NCBI GenBank assembly: GCA_900550925.1
Contig: URTU01000002.1
Span: 8,772 to 72,771, forward strand
DNA from: an uncultured Alistipes sp.
GTDB taxonomy: Bacteria; Bacteroidota; Bacteroidia; Bacteroidales; Rikenellaceae
Length of the DNA: 64,000 nt
Direction of reading: 5' to 3'
Numbering within the stretch: the stretch's first letter is position 1; each line of letters opens with the position of its first letter. A model generated the notes under the pieces. It did not search any database. It was not told where the DNA came from and saw only the letters and a list, made by a program, of their open reading frames with translations. The translations under genes were made by a program, and so were the position numbers. Shown here one piece after another: positions 10,439-21,116 of the stretch.

Positions 10439-11005
10439 CTACTTCGCGTCGATACCGCGCGATGCACGGGTTACGCGAACGGCGCATACGGCAGTCGTTG
10501 CCGGGGTCAGCAGGGTCAGGTTGTCGAACTTCAGGTCGCCGACGAAGATCGACTTGCCGACACCCAGATTCGTAATGTCGATAACCAGTTCGTCGGGGAG
10601 GTTCTCCACCAGACCGCTCACACGGAGCTTACGTTTGCTCAGAACCAGCTTACCACCGGCCTTAACGCCTTCCGAGCTACCGGTCAGACGTACCGGGATA
10701 TCGATCGCTACGGCCTTGCCAGGCTGAACGCGATAGAAATCTATATGCAGGATCTGTTCGCGTACGGGGTGGAACTGCACCTCGCGCATTACGCCGGTCT
10801 CTTTTCGGCCGTCGATATCGAAATTAACGATATACGAGTTGGGCGAATAGATCAACGGTTTTACATCCTTGGCGTCGATCGTAAAGTGTACGGTCTCGCC
10901 GCCGCCATAGATTGCGCAGGGAATCAGACCCTCGCGGCGCGACGACTTGCTGGCTTTCTTGCCGAAAACATCCCGTTTTGCGGCCTTGATTTCAATGGTT
11001 TTCAT
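10439..11005 (-). CDS. rplY: 50S ribosomal protein L25/Ctc
   Basis: IPCAIYG, REVQFHPV, HIDF, GVKAGG; TACCTTTG promoter at 11086-11093. Confidence 0.96.
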   Translation of the reverse strand: MKTIEIKAAKRDVFGKKASKSSRREGLIPCAIYGGGETVHFTIDAKDVKPLIYSPNSYIVNFDIDGRKETGVMREVQFHPVREQILHIDFYRVQPGKAVAIDIPVRLTGSSEGVKAGGKLVLSKRKLRVSGLVENLPDELVIDITNLGVGKSIFVGDLKFDNLTLLTPATTAVCAVRVTRASRGIDAK

Positions 11006-11275
11006 AATGTTTGATTAATTTTTGTTTCTCGGGCACCACTCAATGCAACATCTGTACGGATGCATCCCATAAGTGCTTGCGGCCGCAAAGGTATGTATTT
11101 TTTTTCAATCCGGCAACTCATCTCCGCCTTTTCACCGTTTTATTGCATTGAGTCTGTTCCGGTTGGGCGGGCAGACTCCGTCCCAGCAACTGGCAGAACA
11201 GCACTGTCTGTTACTCTACAGCATATTCCCACTACCCGGGCGCTTCTAAATCCCCCCCCCTCCACTCGCACACGA

Positions 11276-11803
11276 TCAGCGCCGGTGCGGCAACCGGATA
11301 TTCAAAACCTGTTCCACCTCCACGGCCTCACCGTTGCACTTTGCGGGTATCCACTTGGGCGCCTTGCGCACGGCCCGTACAACACGGCCACGAAGCCGAT
11401 TGTCCGTCGACTCGATCAGGTCGGTCAGCTCGGCCGTACCGTCTCGGCGAATCACATAGCGATATATCACCCGTGCCGGCATCTCATCCTCTCCCCAGTC
11501 GACCTGTTGTTCGATGTAGTGGTTGAACGAAACCGGATCGGCCGGGAACGACGGCGGTGTATCGTATTTCAAGGTCACGACAATAACACCATCCGAAGCC
11601 CGTTGGCCATACCGGGCGATCAGGGCCTCGTCTACAGGCAATTGTTCCGAACTGACGATCTGCGCCGGATCGATCCGCTTCATCTCCTCGCCGCTGTACT
11701 CGCGGCCGTTGACAATATAGATCGGTTCGCCGGCACATGCCTCCGAGACCCGCACCGTAAACATCACCGCAATCAGGGCGATTATGAAACCCAATCTGTT
11801 CAT
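11276..11803 (-). CDS. Secreted protein with plug-like N-domain and TonB C-terminal domain
   Basis: Signal peptide; PIYIVNG...YG..A.DGVIVVT; PKWIPAKCNGEAV. Confidence 0.65.
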   Translation of the reverse strand: MNRLGFIIALIAVMFTVRVSEACAGEPIYIVNGREYSGEEMKRIDPAQIVSSEQLPVDEALIARYGQRASDGVIVVTLKYDTPPSFPADPVSFNHYIEQQVDWGEDEMPARVIYRYVIRRDGTAELTDLIESTDNRLRGRVVRAVRKAPKWIPAKCNGEAVEVEQVLNIRLPHRR

Positions 11804-12459
11804 CGTTTCATTTTAACGGAGAAAAATATTTTTTTATTGTCGGGGCCGTTCTGCACCTCTCTGATTGCTACGGGTTGCGGCCCGTCATCGGAGAGGAAAC
11901 GTGCCAGTTCGGCTACGGCACGTCCACGGTGCGAGATGGCGTTTTTCTCCTCGCGGCTCATCTGGGCAAATGTACGGTCGAAGCCGTCGGGCCGGAATAC
12001 CGGATCATATCCGAATCCCCCTTCGCCGCTCGGCGCCTCAGTGATCACCCCCGAGACACACCCCTCGAACATGGAGACCACGCCGTTCATTATCAGCGCT
12101 ATGGCCGTACGGAAACGGGCCTGCCGGTTCACGACGCCCTCCAGATTACGCAACAACAGCGCCGTATTGGCCGCAAAATCATGGCCGTCGGTGGCATAGC
12201 GCGCCGAATGGACTCCCGGAGCACCTCCCAGAGCCTCAACCTCCAACCCCGTATCGTCGGCAAAACAGTCGAGACCGGTCCGCGAATAGATATACTGAGC
12301 CTTTTGCAGGGCATTGCCTTCGAGTGTATCGGACGTCTCGGGGATCTCCTCCGTAATGCCGCAGTCGCGCGGTGTCAGAAGGGTCCACTCCTCACCCAGA
12401 GCCGCCCGAACTTCATCGAGCTTATGCTGGTTGTTGGTCGCAAAAACTATCTTTCTCAT
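11800..12459 (-). CDS. rdgB: Non-canonical purine NTP pyrophosphatase (RdgB/HAM1)
   Basis: ATNNQHK, ADDTGL, PGVHSARY, GFGYDPVF, KNAISHR. Confidence 0.95.
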   Translation of the reverse strand: MRKIVFATNNQHKLDEVRAALGEEWTLLTPRDCGITEEIPETSDTLEGNALQKAQYIYSRTGLDCFADDTGLEVEALGGAPGVHSARYATDGHDFAANTALLLRNLEGVVNRQARFRTAIALIMNGVVSMFEGCVSGVITEAPSGEGGFGYDPVFRPDGFDRTFAQMSREEKNAISHRGRAVAELARFLSDDGPQPVAIREVQNGPDNKKIFFSVKMKR

Positions 12460-12592
12460 AACTCCCTCCGTTTTTATCGTTTGTTTACCTAAGCGCCGCC
12501 CGCATCCGTTTCAACCAAAACCCATCACCCCTCCCCATACACTCAAAACGGCCATCGGCGGCAGCAACGGCCTAATCCGTACATGCGCACGT

Positions 12593-13432
12593 CTATTTTA
12601 CCACCTCCATCTGTTCGAGCCGGTAGTCGACCGCAATCTTGTCGATGATCGTCTTCACGACCGTATCCATATACGACCCTTCGGTATAGTCGGCCGCGCA
12701 GACATGGTTCACACGGTTGTCGCGGATGAGCGATGCCAACTCCTTCTGCGCCCCCTTCTGCCCGGGGTTATACACGGCAATCGAATGTCCTCCGAAGTTC
12801 TTAACCAGCCGCATGCACGGGATGTCGGTGGTCCCGTCGCCCACGTAGATCATCCGCTTGAAGGGCACCGGCCGCTTGTTCTCCTCGATATACCGGTTCA
12901 CCAGCGTGGCATCGAATACCGATTCGACACCCTTGTTGATCTTGAAAATGAACTGCGTCTTGTTGGTATAATTCACCGCCACGGCCGGCCAGTAGGCTAT
13001 GCCGTCAACATCGTAAAGGAACGAACATGCATAGATATTCCGAAACTCATGGGCAATGCACGTACCCTCGATGATCTCCTTGATACCCGACGAGTTGATG
13101 TAGTGCAGCATCCGCACCCCGCGCTCGGCGGCATAGGCGTTGATCCGGCCGAACCACTCCTTCACACCGTCGTAGAGCGTGATGCGGCGTCCCGACTCCT
13201 GAAATGCCTCGCGCTTGAGCGACAGACCGGTACTGCGGGCCTCCTGAATCATCCGCGCCATGTATGTCAACGTCATGTCGGCATCCTGCGCCCGGGCCAG
13301 TTCGTTCGAATCGTGCCAGAACTCCTTGTTGCTCTTGCCGATGGCCGGAATGAAATCATACTCCTGCATGTTGCCCGGCGCAAGCGTACCGTCGAAATCG
13401 TAGATCAGGGCTGCCGTTACCTTCTGTTCCAT
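12593..13432 (-). CDS. HAD-superfamily hydrolase
   Basis: YDFDGTL motif I and YVGDGTTD motif IV; start placed at MEQK (13432). Confidence 0.85.
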   Translation of the reverse strand: MEQKVTAALIYDFDGTLAPGNMQEYDFIPAIGKSNKEFWHDSNELARAQDADMTLTYMARMIQEARSTGLSLKREAFQESGRRITLYDGVKEWFGRINAYAAERGVRMLHYINSSGIKEIIEGTCIAHEFRNIYACSFLYDVDGIAYWPAVAVNYTNKTQFIFKINKGVESVFDATLVNRYIEENKRPVPFKRMIYVGDGTTDIPCMRLVKNFGGHSIAVYNPGQKGAQKELASLIRDNRVNHVCAADYTEGSYMDTVVKTIIDKIAVDYRLEQMEVVK

Positions 13433-13535
13433 AATGTCTGACAATATAATTGTTGTTCGAATTGGTAAAGGTAAGATTTTTGTTCGAATTTTCATTACAT
13501 TTGCAGACGTATCGAACAAAAAAACAGAGGTAGTT

Positions 13536-14066
13536 ATGGAACTGAAAGAGACGCTGCTCAAACGCCGCAGCATACGCAAATTCGAAAACCGTCCGGTCGA
13601 CCGCCAAACCATCGAGCAACTGCTTGCCGAAACGTTTACGGCACCCTCGTCGCGGAATACACGCTCGTCGCGGTTCATGGTCGTAACCGACCGCCAGAAT
13701 ATGGAACGCATCTCGACTATGCGCGATTACGGAGCCGCATTCATGAAGGATGCTCCGGCAGCGATACTGGTCGCAGGCGATGAATCCGTCACCGACCTGT
13801 GGGTCGACAACGCCTCGATATCCGCAACGATTCTCCAACTGGCTGCCACCGATGCCGGACTTGGCTCATGCTGGGTGCACGTCAACGGCCGTCCGCGCCT
13901 CAAGGCAGAACCCGACGGGCAATCGGCCGAGGAGTACCTGCGGACATTCCTGCCCATTCCGGCGACATGGCGACCATTGTGCTTTATCGCCCTCGGATAT
14001 CCGGCAGCCGAAGTGGCTCCCCACTCGCAAAAAGACGATTCCGACAAGGTGATCTGGGTAGAATAA
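13536..14066 (+). CDS. Nitroreductase family protein
   Basis: RRSIRKF, APSSRN, GLGSCWV, IALGYP; TACATTTG promoter at 13496-13503. Confidence 0.9.
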   Translation: MELKETLLKRRSIRKFENRPVDRQTIEQLLAETFTAPSSRNTRSSRFMVVTDRQNMERISTMRDYGAAFMKDAPAAILVAGDESVTDLWVDNASISATILQLAATDAGLGSCWVHVNGRPRLKAEPDGQSAEEYLRTFLPIPATWRPLCFIALGYPAAEVAPHSQKDDSDKVIWVE

Positions 14067-14102
14067 CACCCTCTCCAGCAAATAGCAGTAGGCATAAAAG
14101 AA

Positions 14103-14138
14103 AACGGCGACATACCCAAAGGTATGTCGCCGTTATTT
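14103..14138 (+). terminator. Intrinsic terminator
   Basis: AACGGCGACATACC-caaa-GGTATGTCGCCGTT perfect 14-bp stem. Confidence 0.75.
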
Positions 14139-14258
14139 AATTATCCCCCCCAATTTATCCAAATTAAATATCATATAGATTGATTTTTGTTTATCAATAA
14201 TTTCTTTTATCTTTGTAAAAGACAACCATTTAATTTATACCACCTAAACCATACCTAT

Positions 14259-14936
14259 ATGAAACGGCTATTAATACTTATGGCTATTCTGTTCGCAATC
14301 ACAGCGGTCTATGCCCAGGAATTACATCAAATACAACAAAACGATATAACTAAATTTCTTGGAATTCCAATTGACGGGACAAAAGCTGAAATTATCCAAA
14401 AGCTCAAAGCCAAAGGATATACCCCCAATGACATAGATAGCGACGTATTGGAGGGAGAGTTCAATGGCAAAGACGTTTCCATTTATATAGCGACAAACAA
14501 CAATAAGGTATACCGCATTATGGTTATCTATAACACCCCTTCAAGCGAAACAGATATTAAGATTGAATTCAACAATTTGTGTCATCAGTTTGAGAACAAC
14601 AAGAAATATACATCATTAAATGATGATCAAACCATTTCAGAAGATGAAGATATTTCCTACCAGATGAACGTAAATAATAAACGATTCCAAGCCTCCTACT
14701 TTCAGCTTCCTGAAGAATCCACTATTCTACAAATAAAAAATCACTTGCTTTCGCAATACACTGAAGAGCAAATCGCCAACCCTACAGAAGAAATAGCGCT
14801 ATCAATAGCAGATACCGTTCTCAATCTTACTGCCAACAAAAATGTATGGTTTATGATTGTTGAAAGATTTGGCAGCTATTATATTGCCATATTTTACGAC
14901 AACGTTTATAATCAAGCCAAAGGCGAAGATCTATAA
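14259..14936 (+). CDS. AT-rich secreted hypothetical protein
   Basis: MKRLLIL signal peptide; KFLGIPIDGT...LKAKGY, GEFNG motifs; TATCTTTG at 14208-14215. Confidence 0.75.
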   Translation: MKRLLILMAILFAITAVYAQELHQIQQNDITKFLGIPIDGTKAEIIQKLKAKGYTPNDIDSDVLEGEFNGKDVSIYIATNNNKVYRIMVIYNTPSSETDIKIEFNNLCHQFENNKKYTSLNDDQTISEDEDISYQMNVNNKRFQASYFQLPEESTILQIKNHLLSQYTEEQIANPTEEIALSIADTVLNLTANKNVWFMIVERFGSYYIAIFYDNVYNQAKGEDL

Positions 14937-14953
14937 TCAAGTTAATAATACAT

Positions 14954-14992
14954 ACCAAAAACTCCGGTCATGCATTTACCGGCGTTTTTGGT
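14954..14992. terminator. Probable bidirectional terminator
   Basis: ACCAAAAAC.CCGGT...ACCGG.GTTTTTGGT inverted repeat between convergent genes. Confidence 0.55.
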
Positions 14993-15119
14993 TTATAATT
15001 TCAGTATGTAACATCACGACTTTCGGGTCGTAAAACATGCCGAACCACTGTCTTGCCGCTCTCATACGTGACTCCCATCGGCCAACATGTATATTATATC
15101 TGCTTTAACGAAACTCAAT

Positions 15120-15722
15120 TCAGTCGTGAGTTACGGCCATTACGGCTCCGTCGAGCCGTGTCACCGCCACATCATACGCCCGGCCGAAAGCCTCAACCGC
15201 AACGGCTCCGGACTCCAAATCGACCGCCACGATCCGCATGTCCGCCACAAAATCGACACCGCTGCGTCCAAGACATTTATACAGAGCCTCCTTTGCACAC
15301 CAGGCCGCCGCCATGAAAAGCGGATGTTCAGCTCCGGCGAGTGCCATCTCAGCTGCACTCAGATAACGCCGCCGCACCTTTCCGAACGGGCGATCCGTCA
15401 TCTCGACATCGATACCGCAACGCCCCTCGCACACATAGGCCAAAGCCACATAGCCCCGGCAGTGCGACACAGACAGATATCCGCGCATATCTGCAAAAAC
15501 AGGCTCACCGAAACGTGTATATTCCACTTTCAGCTGATCGGACGACAGTCCCCAGGCCTCAGCCTTCGACCGCAGCAACCGTCGCCAGGCCAGCCATTCA
15601 AGCCGCCGTCCGCCCGTCAGCCCATCGGCAAACGCCAGTTCCTGCCGGCTCAATCCCACGGCATACTCTTCGGCCGAACGATCGAGCGGTTCGACTGCTA
15701 TTTCGATGCCGCAGAGGGTCAT
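15120..15722 (-). CDS. 4'-phosphopantetheinyl transferase (Sfp/EntD-like)
   Basis: SVSH, GIDVE, WCAKEALYK motifs. Confidence 0.88.
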   Translation of the reverse strand: MTLCGIEIAVEPLDRSAEEYAVGLSRQELAFADGLTGGRRLEWLAWRRLLRSKAEAWGLSSDQLKVEYTRFGEPVFADMRGYLSVSHCRGYVALAYVCEGRCGIDVEMTDRPFGKVRRRYLSAAEMALAGAEHPLFMAAAWCAKEALYKCLGRSGVDFVADMRIVAVDLESGAVAVEAFGRAYDVAVTRLDGAVMAVTHD

Positions 15723-17017
15723 TGTTCCTTTTCAACCTTGATTTTGTCGATGCGGTGGCCTTCGGTCGAAACCACCGTAAGCAGCAGCCCGTGCGTACGG
15801 ACCGTATCGCCTTTACGCAGAAAATCACGCTTTATCTCGAGCATCAGGCCGGCCAGCGTTTCGGCCTCGCCCTTCACGTCCGACAACAGATCCTCCGGCA
15901 GATCCAGAACCCGTTCGAAATCTCCGATATGGGCCTTGCCGTCGAAAACGTAGACATTGTCGCCCACCTTCGTATAGAAGCTTTCGACGCTGTCGTTTTC
16001 GTCGGATATCTCGCCCACGATCTCCTCCAGAATATCCTCAAGCGAAACCAGTCCCATCGTCGAACCGTATTCGTCCACCACGATGGCCATGTGCACCTTG
16101 TTGGCCTGGAACTCCTCAAGCAGGTCGTTGATCTTCTTGTGTTCGGGCACATAGTATGGTTTGCGCAGCAGAGAACTCCAGTTGAAATCATCCCCGTTGT
16201 GTATGTAGGGAATCAGGTCCTTCACATACAGCACACCCTTGATGTTGTCGGCATTCTCCTCGTAGACCGGAATCCGCGAAAAACCCGACCGGATGATCGT
16301 CTGCTTGACATCGGAGTAGCTGTCCGATATATCCAGAGCCACGATATCTACACGCGGTTTCATGATGCTGGCGACCTCCGTATTGACGAAGTTCACAATC
16401 CCCGATAACATCTTACGCTCCTCCTGTGTCTGGTCCGTCGATGCGATGTCAATGACGTTCGAGAGTTCGTCGATCGAGATATTGTCGCGTTTGGTATCGA
16501 GCCGTCGGTTAATGGCATCTCCCGAGCGCACCAGCACGAATGACAACGGTTTGAATACGGTCCGCAGAAACCGCAGCGGATAGGCGGCGAAACGTGCGAA
16601 ACGCATCGGCGACGAATTTGCCAGCACCTTGGGCAGGATCTCGCCGAACAGCAGCAGCAGGAATGTCACGATCACCGTCTTGAAGACGAATGTCCAGGCC
16701 GCCGACGAGCAGACGAATACCATGTCCATGATTCGGGCACTCAGTATTACGATGCAGATATTGACCAGATTGTTGACCACGAGGATCGTAGCCAGGAGGT
16801 TGTCGCTGTGCGACAGGAGGTCGAGCATGACCGAAGCCCGACGTGTCCGCGCCGCCTTTATTTCGCGCAGATGGTGTGGCGAGAGCGAAAAGAAAGCCGT
16901 TTCGGATCCCGACACGAAGGCCGAAATCGACAACAATACCACCAATACGGCCAGCATCGCCACCAGCGAACCGACATCGAACGGTATTACGGATATTACT
17001 TGAAGCGGAGTTATCAA
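15719..17017 (-). CDS. gldE: GldE/TlyC-like CNNM-CBS-CorC membrane protein
   Basis: SGSETAFFSL, FGEILPK, SRIPVY, VVDEYG...LEDILEEIVGEI. Confidence 0.82.
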   Translation of the reverse strand: MITPLQVISVIPFDVGSLVAMLAVLVVLLSISAFVSGSETAFFSLSPHHLREIKAARTRRASVMLDLLSHSDNLLATILVVNNLVNICIVILSARIMDMVFVCSSAAWTFVFKTVIVTFLLLLFGEILPKVLANSSPMRFARFAAYPLRFLRTVFKPLSFVLVRSGDAINRRLDTKRDNISIDELSNVIDIASTDQTQEERKMLSGIVNFVNTEVASIMKPRVDIVALDISDSYSDVKQTIIRSGFSRIPVYEENADNIKGVLYVKDLIPYIHNGDDFNWSSLLRKPYYVPEHKKINDLLEEFQANKVHMAIVVDEYGSTMGLVSLEDILEEIVGEISDENDSVESFYTKVGDNVYVFDGKAHIGDFERVLDLPEDLLSDVKGEAETLAGLMLEIKRDFLRKGDTVRTHGLLLTVVSTEGHRIDKIKVEKEQ

Positions 17018-17063
17018 ACTATAAAATATTGGTTCACACTAATGTTCGGGCCGGGCATCCGCA

Positions 17064-18371
17064 TCAGACCGAAAACAACGTACCTCCATTGTTTTTCGGG
17101 GTCTTGTCGCTGTCGCCCGAGTCGATGACCGACTTCGAGGAGCCGGTAGACGTATCGACCACAAACTTTATCTTGCGACGTATGTAGGCTGCCATATTCT
17201 TGCACTTGTCGATATCCGGATAGCGGTTCGAACGGGCCCGCAGCACAGCCGGCTGCTGACGCGACGGCGTCGGACCTCCCTTGCGAAGGTCGATCACGCC
17301 CGGAACGGCTGGCGTAGGCGGCACGATCGGAGGTATCGGATTGGTATTATCCTGCTTGCGGGCATCCTGGCCTGCAGCGTCAAACCCCGTAGCGACAATC
17401 ACTACCTCCAGATCCTCATCCAGATACGGCTTCACACTGTTGCCCCAGATGATATTGGCATCGTGCAGACGGCCGTTCTCATCCGTATATTTGGCATCCG
17501 ACTGTATCACCTCCAGAATCTTGCCCAACTCGCTCCACATCACGCCATCCTTGACGTTTGTACTGATATTGAGCAGTATGTTCTTGGCACCGCGGATACT
17601 GTTATGGTCGAGCAGCGGCGAGCTCAACGAAGCCCGTGCAGCATTCTCGGCGCGGTCCTCACCCTTGGCCCGTCCGACACCCATGTGCGTACGGCCGCTG
17701 TTGTACATCACTCGGCGCACATCGGCAAAGTCGACATTCGTCCGCGGGCTCTTGATCGTGATGATCTCGGCTATACCCTTGGCCGCCGAGGCCAATACGT
17801 CGTCAGCCAGACTGAAGGCCTCGTCAACCGTCAGGCGGCCGCCCATGGCCATGATATTGTCATTGTTGATTATCAGCAGCGAATCGACATTGCCTTTCAG
17901 CTCCTCGATACCGCGCATGGCCTGTTCGTAGCGTATCTGACCTTCGATCTTGAGCGGCGAGGTTACCACTCCGACCGTCAGTATTCCCATTTCGCGGGCA
18001 GCCTTGGCTATGACCGGCGAGGCTCCGGTACCCGTACCGCCTCCCATACCGGCCGTCACGAAGATCATCTTGGTTGAATGGACCTCGAACAGATTCTTGA
18101 TCTGATCCAGGCTTTCGATTGCGGCGCGACGTCCCACGGCCGGATCGTTGCCGGCACCCAGACCGTCGCGGCCCAAACGGACCTTGATCTCTACGGGGCT
18201 GATATCGAGCGCCTGCTGGTCGGTGTTGCACACCATGAAATCGACATCCTTGATGCCCAACTGCCACATATGGTTCACCGCATTGCCGCCGGCACCGCCA
18301 ACTCCGATAACCATGATCATCGGATACGACTGGCGCCGCGTACGAAGCGAATTCAAAACATCGTCACTCAT
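17064..18371 (-). CDS. ftsZ: Cell division protein FtsZ
   Basis: [19 protein letters not shown] tubulin signature, NVDFADV. Confidence 0.97.
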   Translation of the reverse strand: MSDDVLNSLRTRRQSYPMIMVIGVGGAGGNAVNHMWQLGIKDVDFMVCNTDQQALDISPVEIKVRLGRDGLGAGNDPAVGRRAAIESLDQIKNLFEVHSTKMIFVTAGMGGGTGTGASPVIAKAAREMGILTVGVVTSPLKIEGQIRYEQAMRGIEELKGNVDSLLIINNDNIMAMGGRLTVDEAFSLADDVLASAAKGIAEIITIKSPRTNVDFADVRRVMYNSGRTHMGVGRAKGEDRAENAARASLSSPLLDHNSIRGAKNILLNISTNVKDGVMWSELGKILEVIQSDAKYTDENGRLHDANIIWGNSVKPYLDEDLEVVIVATGFDAAGQDARKQDNTNPIPPIVPPTPAVPGVIDLRKGGPTPSRQQPAVLRARSNRYPDIDKCKNMAAYIRRKIKFVVDTSTGSSKSVIDSGDSDKTPKNNGGTLFSV

Positions 18372-18408
18372 AGCTCTTACCTCTTCTCTTATCGACCTTC
18401 CGTTACAA

Positions 18409-19908
18409 TCATATCACATCATCGTCGCCGCTGCCGCCCATCTCGTCCATCTTGTCCGACAGGTTGCCGATGAAACGCTTGAACTTGTCGACAAATCCTC
18501 CCTTCGGTCGATGTTGGTTTTCCGTGCCACCGTGTCCTCCGTTCTTACCCTTGTCATCAGGACGATCATCCTTCCTGTCATCCGGTTTTGCAGGCGAGGG
18601 TTTGTTCCCGTCATCCTTCTGATCATCCCCGGCGGCTGTATTTTCGTTCTTCGGCGCACCGCCTTCATCCACCTTCGGAGCAGCCGGTGCCGGTGCTACA
18701 CGATCTTCATCCCTGACTCCCGGCTGGGGCGGAACAGGACGCTGGTCTACATAGCAGTATTTGCCCGTTTCGAGCCCGCGCCACAACAGTCCCGTCACAA
18801 CATCGTACTCCGGACCGTCGACAAGTTTGACGCTCTCCGCATCGACAACATCCTCCGGTGTGCCAACCCGCACATCCATTTTCATGTACTCCGACAACGC
18901 CTTGGCCAGGCCGGCAAGTTTCGACCCGCCGCCGGCAAGAACTATTCCGTACGGCAGCTTCTTCTCGTAGCCGGCATGCTTGATCTCCTCGGTAACGTAA
19001 TCGGCTATATCCCAGACACGCGCTTCGATGATCGCGGCCAGATTGTATTTGAGAATACTCTTCTTGCCCTTGTGTATCGGGAACTCGATAACCTCATTCT
19101 TCGGGACATCCTCCTTCGAGGCATTGCCATACTCGACCTTCATCTGTTCGACGAACTGCCGCGGCACGCTCAGCGTACTGATGTCACGATTGATCACATC
19201 CGATCCCAGGGGAATCGACGCCGCATAGCGAAGTACGTTGTTCGCATAGATCGTAACATCCGTTATGTCCGCACCGATGTCAACCACCGCAACACCCTCC
19301 TCCTTCTCATACGGGCGCAACAGGACCTCCGGCGTGATCACCGGATTGATATATGTCTTCAGCGGTTTGATCCCCATCTTGAGGGCGGCATTTGTCAGGC
19401 GCTTGATAGGGGTCTTGGTGCTCAGGATGAAGTTGAAGGTCGACGAGAGGCTCTGTCCGAACGATCCAACAGGATTGGCAACCTCCTTGCTGCCGTCGAC
19501 CATGAAGTTCTGCGGAATACGTTCCAGAATTATCTCGTCGTCATTCGGTGCGCAGACCTTCTCCATACGGGCATACAGCTCGTCGATATCGCTCTGGCTG
19601 ACGCCGTTGCTCTGGTCGCCCACCGATACCCAGTCGTTGTGGCTCGCACAACGGATAAATTCGCCCGAGATGCCGAAATAGGCCTCGTATACGCCGATAT
19701 TCAGCTGTTTTTCGAGTTCGGCGACGGCCGACTTGAGCGAGGCCACCGCCAGTTCTATATTGTCTATTGCGCCGCCGCACACGCCCTGCGACGGTTTGCG
19801 AACCACGGCATCGACAACCATCCGGCCGTCGACACGTCCGCTCGAAGCCGCCACGGTTACGTTTTTCGATCCGAGATCGATTGCAACTACATAATGTTTA
19901 TTCCCCAC
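18409..19908 (-). CDS. ftsA: Cell division protein FtsA with long low-complexity C-terminal linker
   Basis: AIDLGS, VVDIGA, IIEAR, GIVLAGGG; position in dcw cluster. Confidence 0.93.
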   Translation of the reverse strand: MGNKHYVVAIDLGSKNVTVAASSGRVDGRMVVDAVVRKPSQGVCGGAIDNIELAVASLKSAVAELEKQLNIGVYEAYFGISGEFIRCASHNDWVSVGDQSNGVSQSDIDELYARMEKVCAPNDDEIILERIPQNFMVDGSKEVANPVGSFGQSLSSTFNFILSTKTPIKRLTNAALKMGIKPLKTYINPVITPEVLLRPYEKEEGVAVVDIGADITDVTIYANNVLRYAASIPLGSDVINRDISTLSVPRQFVEQMKVEYGNASKEDVPKNEVIEFPIHKGKKSILKYNLAAIIEARVWDIADYVTEEIKHAGYEKKLPYGIVLAGGGSKLAGLAKALSEYMKMDVRVGTPEDVVDAESVKLVDGPEYDVVTGLLWRGLETGKYCYVDQRPVPPQPGVRDEDRVAPAPAAPKVDEGGAPKNENTAAGDDQKDDGNKPSPAKPDDRKDDRPDDKGKNGGHGGTENQHRPKGGFVDKFKRFIGNLSDKMDEMGGSGDDDVI

Positions 19909-19964
19909 TGTATCTCTATTTGTACTGTTTTTTCAATTGTTTACATATCACACATGTCGTACCG

Positions 19965-21068
19965 TCACCGCGCTGCCGGCGAACAAACCACCTGTCCCTT
20001 GAAGCGTATGTCGATGGTACGATAGCGATCCCAACCTTCACGGTCGAGGCCGATGCGATAGAACCGCCGCAGCTTGTCGAGTTTCCGTTCGACATCCTCG
20101 ATACGACCGAAAATGATCGTATGCCTTCCTGCACGCGGAATCAGTCGCAATTCCAACTCTCCGTTCTGCGACTGGGATACAATGATTTCGACTATCTGGG
20201 CCCGCCAGAAGTCGTCGTCATCTATCAATTTCACAAAGTTAATGAGATTAATGAAATCTGAATAGTTTTTTTGCAATTTTTTTTGACTCTCCCGAACCCG
20301 TTCGATCTCGCGGTCCTTCGCCTCGATGCGTTGTTCCCGTACCGTCCGGCGGTAGTTGTAGAGTGCCAGCGAATCCCGTTTGTGCTGCTTCAGCTGCTCC
20401 ACCCGAACCGCAAAATCCTCTTTGGACTCGGTAAACCTGCGGTCTATCTGTCGGCTCCGTATCTCACTACGCATTTTCGATATGGCCCGCAGTTCGATCC
20501 GGATTACATTCTGTTGCTCCTCGATGCTGTCGATGCGCACATCCAGGGCTGCCAGACGCCGGTCGAGAGTCTCCCGCGACGGCCCTTCGAAATCGGCTGC
20601 AAACGGCACCGAGAAACCTCCCGTCACAACCGGAACATAGACAGCCGACAGCTCCGGCGACCGGAAAATCTCATCCCGATCCGTAACATAAAAGTCATAC
20701 CCCCCAGCAAGGCACATGCGCATGATCGGCCGGTGCTGCGTCACCTCGACCCGAATCACGCCCGACAGGGTGGTATAGGCCTCGGCCGTGCGGATAAAAC
20801 CGTGCGAGAGTATCACCCGTTCGATATCGCGCAAGGAGGCCTCGTCAACCGGACGCCCTACGGGATTGATTCCGGCGGCGGAGATCCAGCGTTTGATCGT
20901 GCCCACATCCGTAAAATCGATACGGCTGCTGTCGGCGATCTCGATTTCGATTCCCGAGACGGTACGCTCACTCGCCAACCGATGCGAACGATGGGCTATC
21001 ATGATCAGGATGACAGCCACGGCCGCCCAGAAGAGCGAAAAAAACACTATCCGTCCGAACTTACGCAT
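19965..21068 (-). CDS. ftsQ: FtsQ/DivIB-like protein with coiled-coil insertion
   Basis: N-terminal TM, POTRA-like region, C-terminal LIPRAG...FG...GWDRYRTIDIRFKGQVVC; lies between murC and ftsA. Confidence 0.85.
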   Translation of the reverse strand: MRKFGRIVFFSLFWAAVAVILIMIAHRSHRLASERTVSGIEIEIADSSRIDFTDVGTIKRWISAAGINPVGRPVDEASLRDIERVILSHGFIRTAEAYTTLSGVIRVEVTQHRPIMRMCLAGGYDFYVTDRDEIFRSPELSAVYVPVVTGGFSVPFAADFEGPSRETLDRRLAALDVRIDSIEEQQNVIRIELRAISKMRSEIRSRQIDRRFTESKEDFAVRVEQLKQHKRDSLALYNYRRTVREQRIEAKDREIERVRESQKKLQKNYSDFINLINFVKLIDDDDFWRAQIVEIIVSQSQNGELELRLIPRAGRHTIIFGRIEDVERKLDKLRRFYRIGLDREGWDRYRTIDIRFKGQVVCSPAAR

Positions 21069-21116
21069 AACAAAAACCTCGTTCTACAACTGCTTTATCT
21101 ACAAGATTCCATTCAA

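Noticed and set aside
12593..14066. Overlapping extended starts of the HAD and nitroreductase ORFs
   Set aside because: Trimming to 13432 and 13536 gives a normal divergent promoter region
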